From NCBI GenBank assembly GCA_951406725.2, contig OX597824.1, positions 20,832,001-20,896,000 on the forward strand: a DNA stretch of 64,000 nucleotides, written 5' to 3'. Position numbers and translations under genes: made by a program. The DNA is from Octopus vulgaris (lineage: Eukaryota). This document shows positions 26,873 through 38,800 of the stretch, piece after piece (position 1 is the stretch's first letter; the number at the start of each line of letters is the position of its first letter). The notes under the pieces were generated by a model, which made no database searches, was not told where the DNA came from, and worked only from the letters and a program-made list of their open reading frames with translations.

Positions 26873-29800
26873 CTGTAAAAGATGAAAAGAAAATGTTCAG
26901 ATTATTTAAAAGCAAACAGTCAGCCATTTTGTTTACTTCATTAAGAATTTTTTCAAGTAAATATGATTGATTATATTTATTTCTTTATTGCCCAGAGGGG
27001 GCTAAACATAGAGGGTAACAAACAAAGATAGACAAAGGGATTAAGTTGATTACATTGACCCCATCCCGAAAAAGGATGAAAGGCAAAGTTGACCTCAGCG
27101 GAATTTGAACTCAGAATGTAATAGCAGATGAAATATCACTAAGCATTGCACCTGGTGTGCTAACAATTCTGCCAGCTTGCTGCCCTGTTTAATTATATTA
27201 CAAACAAGTAGCTAACATACACAACTGTAATTATGTAACAACAACGACGACGTTGTTGTCGTCGTTTAACGTCTGTTTTCCATGCTAGCATGGGTTGGAC
27301 AGTTCGACCGGGATCTGGGAAGCCAGGAGGCTGCACCAGGCTCCAGTCTGATCTGGCAGTGTTTCTACAGCTGGATGCCCTTCCTAATGCCAACCACTCC
27401 ATGAGTGTAGGGGTGATTTTTATGTGCCACCAGCACAGAAGCCAGAGGAGGCTGGCAACTTCTACGATCGGTTGGTGCTTTTTATGTGCCACTGGCACGA
27501 ACGCCAGTCAAGGAGGCACTGGCATCAGCCATATTTGGATGATGTTTTTTACGTGCCACCAGCATAGGTATCACAACTACAATTTCCATTTGATTTTTAT
27601 TTTGATGTACTTGACTCAACAGGTCTCCTCAAGTATAGCAGGTTGCCCTATATACATCATCATCATCGTTTAGCGTCCGTTTTCCATGCTAGCATGGGTT
27701 GGACGGTTCTACTGGGGTCTGTGAAGCCAGAAGGCTTCATCAGGCCCAGTCAAATCTGGCAGTGTTTCTACGGCTGGATGCCCTTCCTAATGCCAACCAC
27801 TCCGTGAGTGTAGTGGGTGCTTTTTACGTGCCACCCGCACAGGTGCCAGACAGAGCTGGCAAACGGCCACGAACGGATGGTGCTTTTTATGTGCCACCGG
27901 CACAAGGGCCAGGCGAGGCTGGCAACGGACACGAAACGGGGCGGTGCTGGCAACGGTCGCGAAACGGAAGGTTCTCTGACATGCCACCGGCACTGGTAAC
28001 ACATCTGCAATTTCCATTGATCGATTTCCATTCTGATCCTCACTTGCCTCAACGGGTCTTCACAAGTAGAGTTTCGACATGCCACCGGCACTGGTAACAC
28101 ATCTGCAATTTCCATTGATCGATTTCCATTTCTGATCCTCACTTGCCTCAACGGGTCTTCACAAGTAGAGTATCGACATGCCACCGGCACTGGTAACACA
28201 TCTGCAATTTCCATTGATCGATTTCGGTTCTGATCCTCACTTGCCTCAACAGGTCTTCACAAGTAGAGTTTTGTGTCCCAAGAAGGGAAGGTATGCATAC
28301 GTAGGCTGGCTCCATCCCAAGTAGAAGGCCACGGGTTATGGACTCACTTGTCCTGCCGGGTCTTCTCGCGCACAGCACACAATTATAATTATACAAGCAA
28401 TTAACTAAAACAGCAAAAAATATATCTATACTATATACAATTAACTATAGCAAAACAAACCACCACCATCGACCATACTCAAATGGTGCTTTTGATGTGC
28501 TACCCTCATGGGAGCAAGTCAGGCAGTACTGGTATTGACCATTAAGATGGCGAGCTGGCAGAAACGTTAGCACGCTGGGCGAAATGCTTAGAGGTATTTC
28601 GTCTGCCATTACGTTCTGAGTTCAAATTCCGCCGAGGTCGACTTTGCCTTTCATCCTTTCGGGGTCAATAAATTAAGTACCAGTTGCGCACTGGGGTCGA
28701 TATAATTGACTTAATCCATTTGTCTGTCCTTGTTTGTCCCCTCTGTGTTTAGCCCCTTGTGAGTAGTAAAGAAATAGGTATTGACCATGCTTGAACAGCA
28801 CCTTTTACATGCCAATCAGGTGGCACTGGCATCAACCATACTCGAATGGTGCTTTTCACATGCCACCAGCATGGGGGCCACACAGATGGCACTGGCTATG
28901 TGTCACTGGCACAGATGCCAATCAGGTGGAACTAGCATTGACCACGCTTGAATGGTTCTTTTTAAGTGCCACTGACATTGGCATTAGCTATGCTCAAATG
29001 GTGCTTAAAATCTCAAATATAACAATGATAGTTTCTTATTCCCCACAAACTTTTAACAAACAATCATATTTACCATAATCTTTGTCTCTCCGCTACAAAT
29101 AACGGCATCACAAAGTTTGTTAGTTCTCCACAACCAAGACAAGGATTTTAAAATTCCATCAGAATGTTCTGGTTCGACATAGGCTTTTTTAAATGGTGTT
29201 GGTGATTTCACATATGAAGATGTAAAGCTGAAATAGAAAAAAAGTAGCACAATGTTTTACGTACAAATTATTCCTTTAGCAATCAGATTACTCTGCAAAA
29301 TATAATGCTTCTTTATCCATATTGTTTTGTTTTAATCATGCATTATCTTGAAGCTTTGAAATGTGATTGTATATTTTCAGAATGACATGGAAAGGTAGGT
29401 GTGAGAGGTTGGATCTAGCCAGTTTGAACAGAAAACAGGTCGAAAGAATATTTGGGTTGGTTATGGCCAGTTTAAATGCTTAAGGGCTGAAGATGGTGGC
29501 AGAATTATTAGAATACTTGATAAAATGACAATTCAAAACCAACACAAACTGAGAGAGGAAAAGACAGCTCAGAGTTGAAAACAGTGGAGAATAGTTGTCC
29601 ATGATCAATGTTCCACATGGATCAAAGGGCCTAAGTAGAAAGTAAGTACATTAATAATTTTAGAACAGTTCTTAAAGTCAGGGATTCTTTTGACAGCTTC
29701 AACAATTAAATAAAAACCAAAAGTTCTTAAACATTAGAATAGCTTAACCCTTTCATTACCAACATGGTTGAAACCACCTCTCACTCTATAGTACAAATGT

Positions 29801-32800
29801 CTTGTTTTCATAAGTTTTGAATTAAAATCTTCCACCAAACCTTATTCACAATTTATGTTCCTTACACCAGCTTAATGATAACTAAGTTATTTTACTAAAT
29901 TCTTTATTATATTCAAAATTAATCGAAAGAAACACAGACCATCAAATGGCGGTGCCCCAGCATGGCCACAGCTCATAAGCTGAAACTAGAATCAATCAAT
30001 CAATCTCAAAATAAATATGGTAACGAAAGGATTAAATGAAATAAATTTCAACCGACTTCGTAGACCAGGATTTTGCTAATAAACTTGGAAGTTACCTCGG
30101 AGATTCTTCACATGTTGGAATACGCAGGGCAGTTGTGGTAGTGGCAGTAGAAGTACATCCTTCCAAAGATTCAATAAGACTAGAAATACCTTGTCCTGTA
30201 CTCCAAGACTCTAAACCGTCCTATTAAAAGAAAAATAGAATGACATGATGAAAATTACAACAGATCAATTTTTGAAAAGAGAGTCTACTCACCAATGTTG
30301 TGACTGAGTAATAATCAAACTGATGAATGGCTTGGTGCTGAATACTGAACTCATTAAAACTAAACTGTAGTTCATTACTTACAATGGATGGATAGCTGTC
30401 CTCGTTTCAGCTGGTGTTCTGCTAGATAAGAGCACAAGCTACTAACCTTTAGATTCTAAGTTCAATCAGAGGCACGGACTTGAAAAATAATATTAACAGA
30501 AAAATAACATCAGCAAAAAAGAATACCTTAGGAATGAGAACAGATTATCCCATTAGTCAAATAAAAGTTTGGATTCGAAATTCCACCAGGACACCTGATG
30601 AAGGCTGGAGAGAACATCAGCTGAAACGTTGTATAATAATAATAAAAAAGAACTTATTGTATACAGTGCTCAGGTGCACCACAACTTGTCAAAAGTGTGT
30701 ATAAAGCATATGCAGTAATGTACAAATGTCTGGAAAGTGAACAGTGTATGAGTCAGCTATATGCTTGCATGTGTATGGAGGGGAGAAAATCAGGTGTAGC
30801 ATTGGCGAATCTCAGGAAGCATGGAAGTTTTGAAGGATGCAGGGTTCCAACAACTAACAACTAATGCCGACAGTTTGTTCCATGCTTCAGCAACTCTTAG
30901 TGTGAAAAAATGTTTCCGAAAGTCATTGGGAGCTGTGCTGTTTTCTGACTTTCTAAACATGTCCACAGGTGTTAGATAGGTGGAGTTTGAAAAGGTGCTC
31001 AGGGTTATTGTTTGTAAGATGGTTAATAATTTTGCGGGTGTCTGTCAAGTCAGCCGCCAGACGTCGGAGTTTCAAAGTATCCATGCCCAAATAAGGTGAG
31101 GACACCAATCCGTCCATTGTAAATAATGTACATAATTCCTCATCCCCAAAATATAGAATAGTATTAAACTGTAGTTTATGAAACATTGATGGAGCCTCTA
31201 TGTGGTTGTTTAATTTGCTACAAACAGCAGCCAAATATCCCTCAAATTACACAGTAACATCTTTATAAGCACCAGAAAATGGATATAAAAAATTTATGCT
31301 TCAGGGGTTAAAAGTTTGTAGCAAAGATTTCAGAGAACATTTATTAATCACACAATACTTGTGATCAAAGATACTTGGAATATATATCTTCCCTATTTTT
31401 AAGAAAGAAGGGTAAAATCTGAGTAGTAACTGGCTGCTATTTCTAGCTGATTGAGCGACAACCAAGAGCATATGTTGATGTTTAAATTTGGGGCACTTGC
31501 TTGTAGAATGAGAAATTCAAGTTTGGTCAAAGAAATGGTTGTTACATAGCTCAGTGAATCTGTGATGTACAAAATTCCTCATCCCCAAAATATAGAACAG
31601 TATTAAACTGTAGTTTATGAAACATTGATGGAGCCTCTATGTGGTTGTTTAATTTGCTACAAACAGCAGCCAAATATCCCTCAAATTACACTCTAACATC
31701 TTTATAAGCACCAGAAAATGGAATTAAAAAATTCATGCATTAGGGGTGGTGAATAATATGGTTTCAGAGAAAAGACCCAGGGAGATTTGTTCATACAAAA
31801 AGTTGTGCATGCAAACAGATGGAAAGTCACCAGAGAAACTGGTAGGAGAACTATTTTCATAATGACTTTCGAGCATGATCATTACCAGCGTCGCCTTACT
31901 GGCACTCGAGCCCCGTGCTAGTAGGGTGTTAAGAGCATCCATTACACTTTCAGAGTGGATGGCGTTAGGAAAGGCATCCAGCTGTAGAAACTCTGCCAGA
32001 TCAAGATTGAAGCCTGGTGCAGTCATCTGGTTCACCAGCCCTCAGTCATTCGTCCAATCCATGCTAGCATGGAAAGCGGACGTTAAACAATGATGATGAT
32101 GATGACATTCTGGCAGATTTGAACATGAATATGCAGGCCACTGTTGTGTTTTGTCACAGGGAAACAACATTTTTTACCATGAAAGTGAGTTTATAACACA
32201 CTTGTTTCTTTAAAGCAAAGAACATTTCTGATTCTTGCCGTCCACTGTGAATATAACAGTTTATTATCTGTTGGCATGTATCAGCATGGATCAGCAAATG
32301 ATTTTGTTTACTGAAGTTATAAGCAAGAGCTGTGATTCTTGTTAGATTCATTAGTCAGGGATGCCTCTGACTGATAAGACACAGCAACGTTGAAATACTG
32401 GCTGTTCCAAGGTCACTTTTGCATTAAAGAAAAGTTGTTCAGTGACAAACATGACAGCAATTAGCATATTCACACCTGAATCTGCATTTTATCTTTTATC
32501 TTCTAATTATTTTAGTCACTGGACTCTGGCCATGCTGGGGCACAACCTTGTCTGAATGCATTAAGAATAAACACTCGAGTCATTGTTTTGAATTTTGCTG
32601 TTTACAGTTCATATTCTTTTATTCTTTTACTTGTTTCAGTCATTTGACTGTGGCCATGCTGGAGCACCGCCTTTAGTCGAGCAAATTGACTCCAGGACTT
32701 ATTCTTTGTAAGCCTAGTACTTATTCCATCAGTCTCTTTAGCCAAACTGCTAAGTTACGGGGACGTAAACTCACCACCATTGGTTGTCAAGCAATGTTGG

Positions 32801-35800
32801 AGGGACAAACACAAACACACAAACATATAAAAACACATACATATACATATATACGAGGGGCTTCTTCCAGTTTCTACCATATCCACTCACAAGGCTTTGG
32901 TCAGCCCGAGGCTATATTAGAAGACACTTGCCCAAGATGCCGACAATTTATTATTCTCATTGACATTTTTATAAGTAAATGGTATGGGTGCCGGTGCCAC
33001 GTAAAATGCACTCAGTAAAGTGGTTGGCGTTAGGAAGGGCATCCAGGTGTAGAAAACATGCTAAAGCAGATGATGGATCCTGATGCGGTCCCTGGCCCTG
33101 CCAGTTACTGTCAAGCCATCCAACCCATGCCAGCATGGAAAACAGATGTTAAATGATGATGATGATGATGTAATGGGACAAGGCGGCGAGCTGGCAGAGA
33201 CGTTAGTACACCGAGCGAAGTGCTTCGCTGTATTTCGCCCGTCGCTACGTTCTGAGTTCAAATCCCGCCGAGGTCAACTTTGCCTTTCATCCTTTCGGGG
33301 TCGATAAATTAAGTACCAGTTACACACTGGGGTCTATGTAATCGACTTAATCTATTTGTTTGTCCCCTCTATGTTTAGCCCCTTGTGGGGCAATAAGGAA
33401 ACGATGTAATGGAACAAGTCCAAGTTATGTTGAGAATGAAATAAGTTGTAAAGACATGCAATCTGAAAAATGCAATAAAACTGTTTTCTTTTGAGGTGAA
33501 TATTTGATTATATTTACCTGTGTTTGGCGATGAGAAGACTGGGCAGCAACAGGTTTTTCACACACTTCACTTGAAGATGATTCCGGTTCGCTCACAACCC
33601 GTCGACGCTTACGTTTTTCCACAACTTCAATGTTTGTCATAATTCTTCTCTCATTACGGAATTTATCAGAAAGTGTTGCAGACCAAGATTCCTAAATTAA
33701 TATATTTAATGGAATAATTCACTTTTTTTGGAATTGGTTCAAAGTGCATATAAAGCTATAAATAGCAGCATGTAAATATGGAGTTAAAAAACCCTTCTGG
33801 ATAGAAAAATTTGAAGTCTGCCGTAGGGACCTGAACTTACATCTCCTGTAGACATGACAGATGTTCTACCATTATACCAAAGCAAAGTGTTTGTGTCTCA
33901 TCTTAATATTGTAATGAGAACTGTGCCAGTGGCACGTAAAAAGTACCAACTGATCGTGGCCGCTGCTAGCCTCCTCTGGCACCTGTGCAGGTGGCACATA
34001 AAAAGCATCCACTACACTCACAGAGTGGTTGGCGTTAGGAAGGGCATCCAGCTGTAGAAACACCGCCAGATCAGACTGGAGCCTGGTGCAGCCTCCTGGC
34101 TTCCCAGACCTTGGTCAAACCATCCAACCTGTGCTAGCATGGAAAACGGATGTTAAACGATGATGATGAGGAATTGGAAATAAGTGTCACCATTACATAA
34201 ACAGTGCCACTCATTTCTAATCTTCCAGGTAAACATGTCTGGCCATGGAGAAATATCGAAATATCACCTTGCTTGAAAAGAAGTGAGGGTTGGTGACAGG
34301 AAGGACATCCAGCCTCAGAGAATTTCGTCTGACCCATGCAAGCATGGAAAAGTGGATGACAGAACAATGATGATGATGATGTTTAGAGATACGAAAGGTC
34401 GACTTTGCTTTTCATCCTTTCGGCATCAATAAGTTAAATACTAATTGCGTACAGGGGTCGATCTTATCGACTGGCCCCTCCCCGAAAATTTAATCAAAGA
34501 GAAATAAGACAGTAACTTACATAACCTTTACCGCCGGGGACCGTATCCCGTAAATGTGAATATTCTGTAATAATTGCCATGGCAACTTCTTTGTATTGAG
34601 ATGACGTAGGGTAACTGTAATTGGATACAAACATTGTCTGTGTTGATAAATATCAAAATAAACAACAGCAACAACAACAACAAGAAACTGTCTGCAACAA
34701 GAATCTGTTATATTTTGTTTGTTTTAGTCTTTAGACTGTGGCCATGCTGGGGCACTGCCTTGAAGAATTTTTAGTTGAATGAATTGACCCTAATACTTTT
34801 TTCACAAACTTGGTACTTATTCTATCAATCTCTTTTGCCAAACCGCTAAGTTACAGGGACATAAACACATCAGCATCGGTTGTCAAGCGATGTTGGGGGA
34901 GACAATCACAAACACAGACACACACACACACACACATACATATATACGATGGGCTTCTTTCAGTTTCCGTCTACCAAATCCACTCACAAGGCTTTGGTTG
35001 GCTCGAGGCTATAGTAGAAGACACTTGCCCAAGGTGCCACACAGTGGGACTGAACCCGGAACCATGTAGTTCGTAAGCAAGCTACTTACCACACAGCCAT
35101 CGTTTGCTGAACTACTAAGTTACGGGGAGGTAAACAAACAAACACTGCTTGCCAAGCAGTGGTGGAGGGCAAACACAGACACAAAGATACATGCACACAT
35201 ACACACATATGACAGGCTTCTTTCAGTTTCCATCTACAAAATCCACTCACATTGCTTTGGCCAGCCTGTGGCTATAGTAGAAAACACTTTCCCAAGGTGT
35301 CACACAGTGGGACTGAACCCAGAAGCATATAGTTGCAAAGCAAACTTCTTACCACACAGCCACACCTGGGCAACCTTTTCCAAAAAGTAGGGGTTACATG
35401 AGGTATGACTCATCATCAGGTGGGCTGCACTACTAAAAAAAAATTCAAGAAAATTTTTTGTTTGGCAAGACATCCAGAAAGTCCCATAGAGCACAGATCC
35501 CCCATGACTGGTCTACATGATTACTCATGCTATTAGAAAAAGCAGTCAAATTTCTCTTAACATTTGATGATGTAAGTTAAGGTTATACAATATTTATGAA
35601 ATATTTGAAGGTGGCAAGATGGCAGAAGCGTTAGCACGCCAAGCAGAATGCTTAGCGGTATTTCATTTGCGTTACGTTGTGAGTTCAAATTCCGCCGAGG
35701 TCGACTTTGCCTTTCATCCTTTCGGGGTCGATAAATTAAGTACCACTTACGCACTGGGGTCGATATAATCGACTTAATACCTATGTCTGTCCTTGTTTGT

Positions 35801-38800
35801 CCCCTCTGTGTTTAGCCCCTTGTGGGTAATAAAGAAATAGAAATAGGTATTTCATCTGTCTTTACATTTTGAGTTCAAATTCCGCCAAGGTCAACTTTGC
35901 CTTTCATCCTTTCGGGGTCGATAAGTTAAGTACCAGTTGTGTACTGGGATCGATCTAATTGACACTGGCTCCTTCCCCCAAAATTTCGGGCCTTGTGCTT
36001 AGATTAGAAAAGAGTATTAAAAGTGGTAAGCTGGCAGAAACTTTAGCATGCCAGGCGAAATGCTTAGCGGTATTTTGTCTGTCTTTACGTTCTGAGTTCA
36101 AATTCTGCCATGGTCGACTTTGCCTTTCATCCTTTCGGGGTCGATAAATTAAGTACCAATTGCATACTGGAGTCGATCTAATTGATTGGCCCCCCTCCCC
36201 CAAAATTTCTGGTTTCGTGCCTAGAGTAGAAGATAGTATTAAAAGCGGCAAGCTGGCAGAAACGTTTGCATGCCAGGCGAAATGCTTAGCAGTACTTCAT
36301 GTCTTTACGTTCTGAGTTCAAATTCCGCCGAGATTGACTTTACTTTCCATCCTTTTGGGATTGATAAGTTAAGTACCAATTGCGTACTGGGGCCAATCTA
36401 ATCGACTGGCCCCCCCTCCCCAAAAATTTCTGGCTTTATGCCTAGAGTAGAAAAGAATATTTATGAAACATACGAGTTAGGATGACCATGGGTTGAATAC
36501 CTTTGATCATAGGACTAAATCTGTCCCCATGGAAACTTACCACAAATGCTTTTTGACTCAAGTGGGGGTACAACTGATCAACATGAAATTTTACCAAATG
36601 CATGACGAGCAGTTATTTAGCATTTGAATAGTTGGTTACATATTTAATTATTTTAAAAAGATATATACAAACATAAATCAGATTAATAACTCACACTGTA
36701 TAATTAATCATTTCGTCATAAATAGCTTGTATCAGTGCTGACTTCATCTTGCGACTTAACACCTGTTTCGAAGCAAGTGTAGATTTTAACTCAGGACGGA
36801 ATAAGTGTGTAGGAATTCGGAATGGTACAGGCCAAGGCTTAAACTCCATGTGTTCAGAGTGGCTGCAAAGTAAAAATGGAAAAAGAAAAAAAAAAAACTA
36901 ATTAATAAATAGGTACAGGTAAAGGGGTGTACTTGAGAAGGTAGCTTTGCATGCACATGGTTTTAAGGACAATCCCATTACATGATACTTTAGAGTTTAT
37001 TAATTCCTTGTGAGTGGAATTAACCCATGCCAGCGCCACATGAAAACCACCTGTACCAGCACCATGCATCAAACATCTGTGACTGTTTTGGCAGGATTTT
37101 TACAGCTGGATGCCCTTCCTAACATCAACCACTCAGCAGAGTGGACTTAATGCTTTTTATGTGGCACAAAGCACAGGCGAGGTCAGTTTTGGTAAGGTTT
37201 TTTACAGCTGGATGCCCCTCCAAACACCAAGCACTTTACACTGTGGACTGGGTGCCTTTAAACGGTATCTGCACTGCCAGGGTCACCAAGTACTTGCAAG
37301 ACAAAAAACAAAACTTTGAAGAGGGGAGGGGGCATTGGTGGAGGTGATCTGGTGTTGGATGATGAAAGGTTATAGTGAACCAGAGAGACAGAAACGGGTG
37401 TCTTGTAGAGGAAGTACAAGGTTACCTGGCCAGAGAGACAGAGATCAGGAACAAAGACAGAAGCAGGTGAGTTACTGCAAAGGAAAAACATGCTTACCCA
37501 ACCTGAGGGAAATGCAGGAGAAGGAGAAAGAGAGAGAGTGGGAGATAGCAGGGTAGAGATAGTGGCAAAATGTTGGGCATACTCACAAGGAACGGGGATC
37601 AGAATATAATTGGGATCGTTGAGTAAAGGAAGGGAGAGAAATATAGATGGTGGCAAGTGCCAATCATCATCGTTTAACGTCTGCTTTCCATGCTAGCATG
37701 GGTTGGATGGTTTGACTGGGAAGCCAGAGGCTGCACCAGGCCCAATCTTGATCTGGCAGTGTTTCTACAGCTGGATGCCCTTCCTAATGCCAACCACTCC
37801 GTGAGTGTAGTGGGTGCTTTTACGTGCCAGGCGAGGCTGGCAACAGCCATGATCGGTTGGTACATTTTACGTGCCACCGGTACGGAGGCCAGTCGAGGCG
37901 GCGCTGGCAATGGCCACATTCGGATGGTTCTTTTACGTGGCACCAGCACTGGTATCACAACTGCAATTTCCATTGATTTTTGATCGAGACAAAAAATCAC
38001 CCGAATAACAAGACCAAGCCGTATCAATACAAAGACCCACAGAGACAAACACCTGTGAGACGAAAACTATGTGCTTGTGAAGTGGACAACAAAACCATAG
38101 GAAAAAAAAATTATTACTTACGCTAATTTGTTTCGCACATCTGAAGATTTTGCAGAATTTGAAACTGTGGACGATGAAGCCTCGTGTTTGTCAGCATCAG
38201 GCATCAATGTATCAACAACATCTTGCAATGAATTAGATGACGCTGCCACCGGTTCTTCAAACCCACTCATCAATGAACTATTGGTAACCTGAATAAATTG
38301 TGACATAAAAATAATACTGATCGTGAAAAACCAACTTTAAAATGGATCAGCTACCGCCATTAAGAAAATATTCAAACACAAATGAGACAGCTAAATGTTA
38401 TTTACAGATTTAGATTACACAAACTAAGCTAAGCAGCAGATCCTAGTATCTTGGAACATAGGTAAACACAGACATGTACACAAACACATGCAGAAACATA
38501 CTTGATAAAAAATGCTGCAAAATGTTCAAATTTAAGGAATTTGTTTTTAATTTCATAATAGCATAAAGAAATTTTTATCACAACTATTGGTGCTCACTAA
38601 ATATTTGCCAGTTTCCAAGAATTGAGGGATTCTTTTACTTTATAGCCACAAAGTTATCAGAAAGTTTGAAAGAAAGTTAAATGTTCAATTAATGATTTTA
38701 ACATCCGCCCACCATGGGACTAAAGAAGTCCCATTTAAAAACTGATCTACATTAAAAAAAATACCATCAAAATTTCATATTAATTTAAGATTTAAACACC

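Noticed and set aside
30292-30422. Possible extra minus-strand exon with AG and GTGAGT boundaries
   Set aside because: Has an in-frame TGA in the required phase; exons 5 and 6 already join in frame.
32140-32490. Unique intronic stretch, possible snoRNA or exon
   Set aside because: No convincing C/D or H/ACA structure or phase-compatible exon could be established by eye.
35385-35428. Minus-strand CUGAUGA-UGAG...CUCA hairpin
   Set aside because: Followed by UGUAAC instead of GAAA; stems I and III are unsupported.
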